From: Gammaproteobacteria bacterium Ga0077554
Lineage (GTDB): Bacteria > Pseudomonadota > Gammaproteobacteria > Ga0077554 > Ga007554
Assembly (NCBI GenBank): GCA_001464585.1
Contig: LNFF01000031.1
Span: forward strand, 67,148-131,147
Direction: 5' to 3'
DNA: 64,000 nt
Shown here: piece after piece, positions 26,891 to 35,895 of the stretch
How positions within the stretch are numbered: the stretch's first letter is position 1
How the letters are laid out: each line of letters starts with the position of its first letter
The notes under the pieces: model-generated
Told to the model about the DNA's origin: nothing
Database searches by the model: none
Seen by the model: only the letters and a program-made list of their open reading frames with translations
Position numbers and translations under genes: made by a program

Positions 26891-27754
26891 ATGAGCCCGA
26901 CGCCGTCTTTGACCTATGCCGAAAGCCGGGTGGCCCTGCTCACCCAGCACGGCAAGGAAGGTGTGATCGCCCCGGTGCTTGATACGGCGCTCGGCTGCCG
27001 GGTCGAGCGGGTGGCTGGCTACGACACGGATCTCCTCGGCACCTTCACCCGCGACATTCCGCGCGCAGGCATGCAGCTTGAGGCGGCACGCAAGAAGGCG
27101 CGCATCGGTATGCGGCTTTCCGGTCTGCCGCTCGGGCTCGCCAGCGAGGGCTCGTTCGGCCTCGACCCGTTCGCGGGGATGTTTCCCTGGAACGTGGAGT
27201 TCCTGATTTTTCTTGATGATGAGCGCGGCCTGGAGGTCGTGGGCGTAGCCCAGGGCGCGGCGAACTTCTCCCACCTGCTGACGGACGATTGGGCTGCGGC
27301 CGAGGCCTTCGCCAAGCAGGCGGGATTTCCCGCACACCATCTGGTGGTACGCCCCGAGAGCGAGGACGACCCGCGCATGCGCAAGGGGATCGCCGCCTGG
27401 GTAGCGCTGGAAGCCGTCTTTGCCTGGGCGCTTGCTGCATCGGCCAGCGGGCGGGTATTCGTCGAAACCGACGTGCGCGTGCGCGCCCATGCCAATCCCA
27501 CGCGCATGGACAACATCCGCCTGGCGGCCGAAGACCTGGTGAAAAAGCTGCGCTCGCTCTGTCCGTCCTGCGGCACGCCAGGATTCTGGATCGTCGAGCG
27601 CGTGGATGGTCTCCCGTGCGAAGCCTGCGGCGCACCCACGCGCGAAACCCGCGCCGAGATTCTCGGCTGCCTCAAGTGCCCGCACCGCGAGACCCGCAAG
27701 CGGGCCGACCGGCAATACGCCGATCCGAGCCGCTGCGACTCCTGCAACCCCTGA
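26891..27754 (+). CDS. Hypothetical protein with C-terminal four-CxxC zinc-ribbon-like region, possibly translationally coupled to sbtA
   Basis: Starts 12 nt after the sbtA stop. Strong GC3 bias in this frame; the overlapping minus-strand ORFs are judged antisense artefacts. C-terminus CPSCG...CEACG...CLKCP...CDSC. Confidence 0.5.
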   Translation: MSPTPSLTYAESRVALLTQHGKEGVIAPVLDTALGCRVERVAGYDTDLLGTFTRDIPRAGMQLEAARKKARIGMRLSGLPLGLASEGSFGLDPFAGMFPWNVEFLIFLDDERGLEVVGVAQGAANFSHLLTDDWAAAEAFAKQAGFPAHHLVVRPESEDDPRMRKGIAAWVALEAVFAWALAASASGRVFVETDVRVRAHANPTRMDNIRLAAEDLVKKLRSLCPSCGTPGFWIVERVDGLPCEACGAPTRETRAEILGCLKCPHRETRKRADRQYADPSRCDSCNP

Positions 27755-28162
27755 CGCTCGCATGAGATCATGACCTTTAACGATTTCGTGAAAACTGGTG
27801 GAAAACCCGCACTGGCTCGTTTGCAGGATTCCATCCGCAAACGGGCAACATGGGCAGTGATTTGTAGTGGGTAACCCTCGGTAAGCGCAGGGAAAACAGC
27901 AAGGAATAGTCAGCCAAAAATCCGTCCGTCCTGACCCTTCGTCCGCCTGAGGTTGGAAGTTGATTGCCTACTGTATTCCACATAGAGGCGCCATAATATA
28001 TCCTTCCTGGCACAAAATAATCATTTATAAAAATGAATGCACATAGTAAAAAAGATTAACTATTGTTTTTCGATGCCCGGACATAGACTGACCCCAACCA
28101 AAAAACTATGGATACTACGGTACAGGTATGTGCATGAATTGGTCTGATTTAAACGCGTCACT

Positions 28163-30454
28163 ATGAGCGGCCTTCCCGAAGTTTCTGAAAAACCGCAAAA
28201 CGGGATAAAAGGCCTGAAGTACTGGCGCTATGACCTGCTGGCGGGTCTGCAGGTCGCCCTGGTGTCATTGCCGTTGTCACTGGGCATCGCCATCGCCTCG
28301 GGCGCGCCGCCGGTGACGGGCGTGATCTCCGCAATTATTGCCGGATTGATCTTCCCCTTCCTGGGCGGTGCTTATGTCACTATCAGCGGGCCGGCGGCGG
28401 GGCTGGCTCCGGCGCTGCTCGCGGGCATGGTGATGCTCGGCGGCGGCGATCTTGCGGCGGGTTATCCGGTGTTGCTGGTGGCGATCTGCCTTACCGGTCT
28501 GCTGCAGGTGGTACTGGCTTTGTTCAAGGCTGGACGCTTTGCGTTGTTTCTTCCGGTGACGGTGGTCGAGGGGATGCTGGCGGCGATCGGCATCATGATT
28601 ATCGTTAAACAGATCCCGGCACTGCTGGGCGATTTCGTGCCGCCCGCGAAGAGCATGCTGGTGACGATTTCGAACCTGCCCGGCAGTTTCTTCAGGTTCG
28701 ATCCGGCGATCACGTTGATCGGTGGCGTCTGCCTGTTCCTGATGTTCTACCTCAATCGCACGCACCATGCCTGGCTGCGGCGCATTCCGGCGCCGCTGTC
28801 CGTGGCAGGCATCGGCATCGGGCTTGGCTACCTGTTACAGCTTGACCCAAGGTATCTGATCACCATGCCCGGCAATATCATTGAGGGCGGCATCACGTTG
28901 CCAGCTTTCGATACGGTGTGGAATAACCCGGATCTGTGGTGGACAATACTGCTGGTGGTGATCACGCTTACGCTTATTGACGGCATTGAGTCACTGGCGA
29001 CCATCGCTGCGGTGGACAAGATCGATCCTTATCAACGCAAATCGGATCCCAACGTGACGCTACGCGCCATGGGCGTGTCAAACACGTTGTCGAGTATCTT
29101 TGGTGGGCTCACCATCATCCCCGGTGGCGTCAAAAGCCGCGTTAACATTGATGCGGGTGGGCGCACCTTGTGGGCCAACTTTTACAATGCGATGTTCCTG
29201 ATCGCGTTTCTATTCCTCGCCAAGGATTTGATCAGCCGCATCCCGCTTGCCGCCATCGGCGCGATTCTGGTGTATGTCGGCTGGCGGTTATGCGAGATCC
29301 AGGTGTTCCGTAAAACTTTCCGCATCGGGCGAGACCAGATCATCATTTTTGTGACAACGGTCACGGCGGTTCTCGCCACCGATCTTCTGTTCGGGATCCT
29401 GATTGGCGTCGTGGCGAAGATCGCGCTGCACGTGTACCTGCTCACGCCGTCGTTGCGTGCGGTGCTGACGGGACGCCTCACCTTTATCCAGTCGTGGCGG
29501 CTGTTGTGGGAAAATTTCTCGGGACTGTTCCGCAGCCCGGTTATCAAGGTCAAAGAAATCACTGACGGCGAGCATACGCAGCAGCACTACCGCATCTCGC
29601 TCGGCTCGATCGTGTGCTTCAATCTGCTGCCGTTCGACAAGTTGCTGCAATCCCTGCCACCCACGGCGGGCATCACGCTCGCCATCACTGAATCCGGCCA
29701 TATTATTGACCACACGGCGATGGAATACCTGCACCAGTTCCAGGAAGCGTGCCTGCAGACGGGCCGGCCCTTCGAGATGCTCGGCCTGGAGAATTTCTAC
29801 CCGTTTACGTCCCATCCATTGTCGGCGCGCATGCGCGATGCGAAACTCGTCAAGGACAAGGCGCAGATGTCAACACGCGAACAGCAGATGGCTGAGGTGG
29901 CGAGTCATTATGGTTTCCAGTTCACGCCGGACACGGTGGGCATGTTCAACAGCCACGATTTTATCTACCTGCGCCGTGGCAACAACCGTCAGGAGAGTTG
30001 TGTAATGACGGGGTCTTATCAGGGTTGCCGTATCAAGCTCTTCGATTACAGCCACACCGCCGCCCCGGATTATTACGCGGAGCACCGCCACACGCTGATC
30101 CAGCTCTACCGCCTGGAGACGGGCGATGTACAACTGCCAAATCTTGCGATCACGCCCGGAGAATATCTTGAACGTTACCTGGTGGAATATCAGGAAGTGG
30201 ATATGGCAGGCTGCCCGGGACTCGCCCCGCACTACCGTTTCTACGCGCAAGATCCTGCGCAGGCGCTGGCCTTTATCAGAACAGGACTCGAACAGTTGTT
30301 AAGTCAGCACCCCGGTATATATGTGGAGATCCGCAACAACGCCCTCCTGGCTTTTCGCCCGGATGAAGCGCTGGAACCCCCGGAGGCCATCGCATTATTG
30401 CTCGAATTCGCCGGGCTTGTGGGCAGCGCGCGCCGCGCGCCAGGCGCCCAATGA
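28163..30454 (+). CDS. SulP-family anion transporter (BicA-like) with STAS domain and an additional C-terminal extension of about 230 aa of unknown function
   Basis: N-terminal SulP signature (LKYWRYDLLAGLQVALVSLPLSLGIAIASGAPP). STAS-like region (...ITLAITESGHIIDHTAMEYLHQF). 763 aa against roughly 550-600 aa for typical SulP proteins. Confidence 0.65.
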   Translation: MSGLPEVSEKPQNGIKGLKYWRYDLLAGLQVALVSLPLSLGIAIASGAPPVTGVISAIIAGLIFPFLGGAYVTISGPAAGLAPALLAGMVMLGGGDLAAGYPVLLVAICLTGLLQVVLALFKAGRFALFLPVTVVEGMLAAIGIMIIVKQIPALLGDFVPPAKSMLVTISNLPGSFFRFDPAITLIGGVCLFLMFYLNRTHHAWLRRIPAPLSVAGIGIGLGYLLQLDPRYLITMPGNIIEGGITLPAFDTVWNNPDLWWTILLVVITLTLIDGIESLATIAAVDKIDPYQRKSDPNVTLRAMGVSNTLSSIFGGLTIIPGGVKSRVNIDAGGRTLWANFYNAMFLIAFLFLAKDLISRIPLAAIGAILVYVGWRLCEIQVFRKTFRIGRDQIIIFVTTVTAVLATDLLFGILIGVVAKIALHVYLLTPSLRAVLTGRLTFIQSWRLLWENFSGLFRSPVIKVKEITDGEHTQQHYRISLGSIVCFNLLPFDKLLQSLPPTAGITLAITESGHIIDHTAMEYLHQFQEACLQTGRPFEMLGLENFYPFTSHPLSARMRDAKLVKDKAQMSTREQQMAEVASHYGFQFTPDTVGMFNSHDFIYLRRGNNRQESCVMTGSYQGCRIKLFDYSHTAAPDYYAEHRHTLIQLYRLETGDVQLPNLAITPGEYLERYLVEYQEVDMAGCPGLAPHYRFYAQDPAQALAFIRTGLEQLLSQHPGIYVEIRNNALLAFRPDEALEPPEAIALLLEFAGLVGSARRAPGAQ

Positions 30455-30474
30455 CGGGTCAGTTACGCATGCGC

Positions 30475-31398
30475 TTATCCATCGTTGGGCTCTGGAATTT
30501 TGATGAGTTTATTTCCTTCTTGCAGCACAAACTCCTTGAATGCCTGGGCCGCAGCGGAAAAGCGCTTGCCCTCCCGATGCACGATGTACCAGTCTTTCAG
30601 GATAGGAAAACCTTCCACATTCAGCAACACCAACCGCCCCAGCTTAAATTCCATTTCCAGCGTATGCACCGATACGATACCCAGCCCCAGCCCCGCCATT
30701 ACAGCGTGTTTGATGGCTTCGTTACCGCTCATCTCCATGGTGGTGGTCATAGTCTGACCGTGTTGCTCGAGAAAGCGCTCAATGGCATTGCGTGTGCCCG
30801 ACCCTCTTTCGCGCACAATGAAGCTTTCTTCCAGAAGTCTGTGCAATGGAATACGACCGCTATGCGCCAAGGGATGGCCGGAGGGGGCAATGACCACCAA
30901 TGGGTTGCTCATGAACGAATCGGCTATCAACGGCATCTCTTTCGGCGGGCCGCCCATGATCGCCATGTCGGGAATATTATCCATCAATTGACGCAGAATC
31001 GTTTCCCGGTTGGTTACGTTGAGATTAACGGTAATCCCGGCATGCTGCTTGCAAAATGCCGCCAGTAGATAGGGTGCAAAATATTTTGCGGTGCTGGTGA
31101 CGGCGATGTCGAGCTTGCCGTGCTGGATGCCTTTCATATCCTCCAGCACGGCGCGGATATCGGTGAACTGTTGGGCAATGGTGCGGCTGAACACATACAT
31201 TTCACGCCCTGCGGCGGTGAGGAAAATCTTTTTTCCCATGTGTTCAAACAGCGGCATGCCCACTTCCTCTTCAAGCTGTTTAATCTGAATGGAAACGGCG
31301 GGTTGGGTGAGGTGGAGCTCTTCAGAGGCGCGTGTGAAACTTGAGTTGCGGGCGACTGCCTCAAGTAGCTTGAGCTGCCTGAAAGTGAAGTTCTTCAT
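30475..31398 (-). CDS. cbbR: LysR-family transcriptional regulator CbbR (divergent from cbbL)
   Basis: N-terminal HTH FRQLKLLEAVARNSSFTRASEELHLTQPAVSIQIKQLEEEVG. Divergently oriented immediately upstream of the form I RuBisCO genes. ATG at 31398 preferred over the track start. Confidence 0.8.
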   Translation of the reverse strand: MKNFTFRQLKLLEAVARNSSFTRASEELHLTQPAVSIQIKQLEEEVGMPLFEHMGKKIFLTAAGREMYVFSRTIAQQFTDIRAVLEDMKGIQHGKLDIAVTSTAKYFAPYLLAAFCKQHAGITVNLNVTNRETILRQLMDNIPDMAIMGGPPKEMPLIADSFMSNPLVVIAPSGHPLAHSGRIPLHRLLEESFIVRERGSGTRNAIERFLEQHGQTMTTTMEMSGNEAIKHAVMAGLGLGIVSVHTLEMEFKLGRLVLLNVEGFPILKDWYIVHREGKRFSAAAQAFKEFVLQEGNKLIKIPEPNDG

Positions 31399-31619
31399 CT
31401 TTAAAATATGCTCCTTGATTAAACGGCCGTGTATCTGTGAGCGGCACAATCCATTTGCAATAATATATGAATAGTATAATAATAATTAATTATCAATAAT
31501 GATTCAATTTATTTATAGTCTTTTTTAACTAACACAGGGTTTGGGTCATCAAAGTGGTTTTATTGGTAGTAGCGTTTTTTAATTATGGCTTTCGGGCTGA
31601 AGCTGAAAGGAGATGGTAA
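31399..31619. promoter_or_regulatory. cbbR-cbbL divergent promoter/operator region (AT-rich)
   Basis: 221-bp AT-rich intergenic region between divergent cbbR and cbbL. RBS AAAGGAG ahead of the cbbL ATG. Confidence 0.5.
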
Positions 31620-33044
31620 ATGAGTGATAAGAAAAAATTTAGCGCGGGTGTTAAAGAATATCGACAGAACTACTGGATGCCCAATTATGTGCCTCTGGAC
31701 ACCGATATTCTAGCGTGCTTCAAGATCGTCCCGCAAGCGGGTGTAGACCGTGAAGAAGTCGCCGCTGCCGTGGCCGCCGAATCTTCCACCGGCACCTGGA
31801 CCACAGTGTGGACCGACCTGTTGACCGACATGGATTATTACAAGGGCCGCGCCTACCGCATCGAAGACGTGCCCGGTGATGACACCTGCTTCTATGCTTT
31901 CGTTGCTTACCCGATTGACCTGTTCGAAGAAGGCTCCGTGGTCAACGTGTTTACCTCGCTGGTGGGTAACGTTTTCGGCTTTAAAGCCCTGCGTGCGCTG
32001 CGCCTTGAAGATGTGCGCTTCCCCATCGCTTATGTGAAAACCTGCGGCGGCCCGCCCAGCGGTATTCAGGTTGAGCGTGACAAGATGAACAAGTACGGTC
32101 GTCCATTGCTGGGCTGCACCATCAAGCCCAAGCTCGGCTTGTCTGCCAAGAACTACGGCCGTGCGGTATACGAATGCCTGCGCGGTGGCCTGGATTTCAC
32201 CAAGGACGACGAGAACATTAACAGCCAGCCCTTTATGCGCTGGCGTGACCGCTTCCTGTTTGTGCATGACGCAACCCTGTCCGCACAAGCTGAAACCGGC
32301 GAGCGTAAAGGCCACTACCTGAATGTCACCGCACCGACCCCGGAAATGATGTATCAGCGTGCTGAGTTCGCCAAAGAAATCGGCGCACCGATCATCATGC
32401 ACGATTACATCACCGGCGGCTTCTGCGCCAATACGGGTCTGGCCAACTGGTGCCGTGACAACGGTATGCTGCTGCATATCCATCGCGCCATGCACGCTGT
32501 AATCGACCGTAACCCGCACCACGGTATTCACTTCCGCGTGCTGGCAAAGATTCTGCGCCTCTCCGGCGGTGACCATCTGCACTCGGGCACCGTAGTTGGC
32601 AAGCTCGAAGGTGATCGCGCGCCGACCCTGGGTTTTGTTGACTTGATGCGTGAATCATTCATTCCTGAAGACCGCTCGCGCGGCATTTTCTTCGATCAGG
32701 ACTGGGGCTCCATGCCTGGCGTATTCCCGGTGGCATCCGGTGGTATTCACGTCTGGCACATGCCGGCACTGGTGAACATTTTCGGCGATGATTCGATTCT
32801 GCAATTCGGTGGTGGAACGCTCGGCCATCCATGGGGTAACGCCGCAGGTGCCTGCGCTAACCGTGTCGCACTTGAAGCCTGTGTTGATGCGCGCAATGAA
32901 GGCCGTGAAATTGAACGTGAAGGCAAAGAGATTCTTGCCAACGCCGCCAAGACCAGCCCCGAATTGAAAATCGCCATGGAAACCTGGAAAGAGATCAAGT
33001 TCGAGTTTGATACCGTGGATAAGCTGGACGTAGTGAACCGTTAA
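31620..33044 (+). CDS. cbbL: RuBisCO large subunit, form IA
   Basis: 474 aa; [20 protein letters not shown]...[24 protein letters not shown]...; carboxysome-type gene context. Confidence 0.95.
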   Translation: MSDKKKFSAGVKEYRQNYWMPNYVPLDTDILACFKIVPQAGVDREEVAAAVAAESSTGTWTTVWTDLLTDMDYYKGRAYRIEDVPGDDTCFYAFVAYPIDLFEEGSVVNVFTSLVGNVFGFKALRALRLEDVRFPIAYVKTCGGPPSGIQVERDKMNKYGRPLLGCTIKPKLGLSAKNYGRAVYECLRGGLDFTKDDENINSQPFMRWRDRFLFVHDATLSAQAETGERKGHYLNVTAPTPEMMYQRAEFAKEIGAPIIMHDYITGGFCANTGLANWCRDNGMLLHIHRAMHAVIDRNPHHGIHFRVLAKILRLSGGDHLHSGTVVGKLEGDRAPTLGFVDLMRESFIPEDRSRGIFFDQDWGSMPGVFPVASGGIHVWHMPALVNIFGDDSILQFGGGTLGHPWGNAAGACANRVALEACVDARNEGREIEREGKEILANAAKTSPELKIAMETWKEIKFEFDTVDKLDVVNR

Positions 33045-33112
33045 TTTTTGGCTCGCTTTTTCTGAGTTGCATGATACGTGGGTGTTAAAACGCCTCTGCA
33101 AATGACCACTTT

Positions 33113-33153
33113 CGCCGTATATGTCGCCATTCATGAAATGGCAATATACGGCG
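33113..33153 (+). other. Stable imperfect hairpin in the cbbL-cbbS intergenic region
   Basis: cgccgtatatgtcgccatt catgaa atggcaatatacggcg. Possible processing or stability element between the large and small subunit cistrons. Confidence 0.5.
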
Positions 33154-33175
33154 ATTCAAAAGAAAGGAAATAAAA

Positions 33176-33508
33176 ATGTCTGATATTCAAGATTACAAAT
33201 CAACGCCCAAATTTGAAACCTTTTCGTATTTGCCAGCGATGACGCCGGAAAAAACCCGCCGTCAGATCGCCTACATTGTGAGTCAGGGCTGGAACCCGGG
33301 CATTGAACATGTAGAGCCTGAACGCGCTTTTAATTATTACTGGTATATGTGGAAGTTGCCGATGTTTGGTGAGCAGTCGGTCGATGTCATCATCGCTGAA
33401 CTGGAAGCCTGTCACCGCGCGCATCCCAATAACCACGTGCGACTGATCGGCTACGACAATTACTCGCAGAGTCAGGGCAGCGCTTTCGTGGTGTTTCGCG
33501 GCCGGTAA
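33176..33508 (+). CDS. cbbS: RuBisCO small subunit
   Basis: 110 aa, [20 protein letters not shown]...[13 protein letters not shown]. Confidence 0.95.
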   Translation: MSDIQDYKSTPKFETFSYLPAMTPEKTRRQIAYIVSQGWNPGIEHVEPERAFNYYWYMWKLPMFGEQSVDVIIAELEACHRAHPNNHVRLIGYDNYSQSQGSAFVVFRGR

Positions 33509-33532
33509 TCCGATGCCTAGGTAAGCAACCGA

Positions 33533-33562
33533 TAGTGGGCGATCCGGCACAGGCTCGCCCAC
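33533..33562 (+). other. Hairpin (gtgggcga...tcgcccac) between cbbS and csoS2; possible partial terminator or attenuator
   Basis: 8-bp GC-rich stem with 12-nt loop, no clear U-tract. Confidence 0.35.
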
Positions 33563-33613
33563 GTATCACATGAATTGCCGATTGTAGTAAAAGTGTAATG
33601 GAAGGATAAAAGC

Positions 33614-35890
33614 ATGAGCAACGCCATGGCAGAAAATCAGGGTTCCGTGCCCAGCGGCACAGCGGGTCGCATGTTATCACGTGCGCGCCGTCAAGCACTG
33701 TCGCACGGCGGTAAGTCGGGCACCGGACAGGTTGCAGCAAAACCGCAACCAGCCAGGGTGAAACCGGGTTCTGACGCCCGTTCCACCGCCTCGGCCACTG
33801 CCCCGGTCTATTCTGCCCCGGCAAATAACAGCCCGCCACCCAGCAACGGCGACGCGCAGGGAAAAGCTAGTGTTGCGGGAAGTAGGATGTCGGAAGCGAC
33901 CGAAAAAACCGACACCTGTGGCTGCAAAAATACCCCAGCACAACAAACGCTGGAAGCCATCTGCGCCTTGGTGGATGCAGAGCCAAGCGCCGTAGGGTCG
34001 AGTGCTTCCAGTGTTCGCCAGCTCTGCCAAAGCCGCCGCCAGGCACTTTCCAGTCAAGGCAAACTGGCCATCAAGCCCAACGGCAAGAATGGTTCGGCGC
34101 GTCGCAACAGTGGCGGCTCCAGAATGGTGAATAGCGTGATGAATGGCCTGAGCGGGCGTGCAGCAGCCCAGGCGCGACGTGAAGAGTTATGCGTGAATGG
34201 TCGCGGCGATAGCCCAGTGTGCCGCCCCAGTGGACGGGTGCGCAGCACGGCCGCCGTTACGCCAGTCAAGGTAGAAGAAGGCAACACCCTGCGTGGCAAC
34301 CTGATTACCGGCACCCAGGTAGAGCGTAACAACAAGATAACAGGTATCGAGGCCGGCAGTTGCCGCGCGATCACCGGCACCGAATACATTGGTACAGAAC
34401 AGTACGAGACATTATGCGCCACCACACCTTCCGCAGCACCCGCTAAAGTGGGCGTGGGTTCAACCAGCCGCAGCCAGCGCGTAAGTGGTACGCAGGTGGG
34501 CCGCAGCACCCAGGTAACGGGTGACGAGTATGGCGCCTGCAAGAATGTGACGGGCAACGAATACCTGAACGCCGAACAATTTGAATCACTGTGCGCCAGC
34601 AAGCCCGCGCCCAGCCCCGCCAAGGTGGGCATGTTTGCTACGCGCGCCGGGCACTCCGTCAGCGGTACTGAAGTCGGTCGTAGCCTCAAAGTAACCGGAG
34701 ATGAACCCGGCGCCTGCCTTAAGTTGACCGGTAGCCAGTATTATCAACCCGATCAGTCCGGCGCCGTATGTCAGGGCAGCGGTGTACCGCACAAAGTAAG
34801 CGTGATGAGCACGATCCGTGGACGCCAGGTCACCGGCGTCAACGTGGCATCAAGCGCATCTGTCACCGGAAGTGAATACGGTGCATGTGCGGGCGTGACG
34901 GGCACTGAATACACTGGGCTGCAACAATATCAGGGCTGTAACCGTGCACCGGTATTAACACCAGAAAAAGTTACCGTACTGGGCACCTGGCGCGGCCAGG
35001 CGGTTTCTGGTACGAACGTGGAACACAACTCAAAAGTCACTGGCGATGAGTATGGGGGTTGCCAGCCGATTTCCGGTACTGAATACATTGGTCCCGGCCA
35101 ATATACGGCAGTGTGCGCGCCCAATGCGCTTACCGCTACACGGGAGCGTATTTCCACACCACGCGGTGCGGCGGGCGCCAGCATGACGGGCGTACGGCAA
35201 GGCATTGAGAACAAAGTCACAAGCAGTGCGCGTGGAGCCAGTGGATTAAGTGCCGGCCAGCGCCTAAGTGGCACACCTTATTCAGATGACGCGCGCCCCG
35301 CTCTTTCGGGCGCGGTAGGAATGAGCCAGCACCCTTTGACACGGGGTCCTGCTGATCAAACCAATCGGGTTAACATGAGCAGTGTTGTCGCCCCTGTGCA
35401 ACGTAATTTCAGCGTGATGTCACCCGCGCGCACGGCGCAGGAAAGCCAGCTTAGCCGGATTACCGGCACGGCTTACGGCGCACAAGGCCGTATTACCGGG
35501 CCGGTGAATCTGGCCGCCGGACTGGTTTCTGGCACACCGGAGTTTCGTTATCGTGACGATCAGGACGCTGGCTATGTCGCCGCGCCACCTGTCGCACAGA
35601 CGCCAGCAGTAGTATCATCCAATCGTGTCACAGGGGAAGGTCGTGAAGGAGGTTTTTCCATCACGGGCGCCGCATGGAAACGCGGCGGCACCACCACGGG
35701 TACCGAAGGTACCTCTGCAACGCGGCGCAATCCGACATTGCGCGGCGATCAGCGCAGCATGGCGATGCAGCAAATCACTGCGATGAAAGAACGCGAACAT
35801 CTGCAAGTGCCACCAAGCAAAGTAACTGGCAGCAGCGGCAACACCGCTACTGGTTCCACTATCACTTACTCGGGAGGCGCGCGCGGCTGA
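33614..35890 (+). CDS. csoS2: Carboxysome assembly protein CsoS2
   Basis: 758 aa, repetitive V(T/S)G.EYG and Cys-containing repeat motifs, N-terminal RARRQALSHGGKSG. Follows cbbS. Confidence 0.9.
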   Translation: MSNAMAENQGSVPSGTAGRMLSRARRQALSHGGKSGTGQVAAKPQPARVKPGSDARSTASATAPVYSAPANNSPPPSNGDAQGKASVAGSRMSEATEKTDTCGCKNTPAQQTLEAICALVDAEPSAVGSSASSVRQLCQSRRQALSSQGKLAIKPNGKNGSARRNSGGSRMVNSVMNGLSGRAAAQARREELCVNGRGDSPVCRPSGRVRSTAAVTPVKVEEGNTLRGNLITGTQVERNNKITGIEAGSCRAITGTEYIGTEQYETLCATTPSAAPAKVGVGSTSRSQRVSGTQVGRSTQVTGDEYGACKNVTGNEYLNAEQFESLCASKPAPSPAKVGMFATRAGHSVSGTEVGRSLKVTGDEPGACLKLTGSQYYQPDQSGAVCQGSGVPHKVSVMSTIRGRQVTGVNVASSASVTGSEYGACAGVTGTEYTGLQQYQGCNRAPVLTPEKVTVLGTWRGQAVSGTNVEHNSKVTGDEYGGCQPISGTEYIGPGQYTAVCAPNALTATRERISTPRGAAGASMTGVRQGIENKVTSSARGASGLSAGQRLSGTPYSDDARPALSGAVGMSQHPLTRGPADQTNRVNMSSVVAPVQRNFSVMSPARTAQESQLSRITGTAYGAQGRITGPVNLAAGLVSGTPEFRYRDDQDAGYVAAPPVAQTPAVVSSNRVTGEGREGGFSITGAAWKRGGTTTGTEGTSATRRNPTLRGDQRSMAMQQITAMKEREHLQVPPSKVTGSSGNTATGSTITYSGGARG

Positions 35891-35895
35891 TCTGA

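Noticed and set aside
26855-27840. Long minus-strand ORFs (302, 273 and 196 aa) overlapping the plus-strand gene 26891-27754
   Set aside because: The region is very GC-rich and stop-poor in several frames. The plus-strand frame has consistent GC3 codon bias and starts 12 nt after sbtA. The minus-strand products are Arg/Pro/Ala-rich low-complexity strings typical of antisense artefacts.
27764-28162. Small ORFs (a 32-aa plus-strand ORF and a 78-aa minus-strand ORF) in the AT-rich spacer upstream of the SulP gene
   Set aside because: No RBS, motif or coding bias. The region is more likely a promoter or 5' UTR for the transporter.
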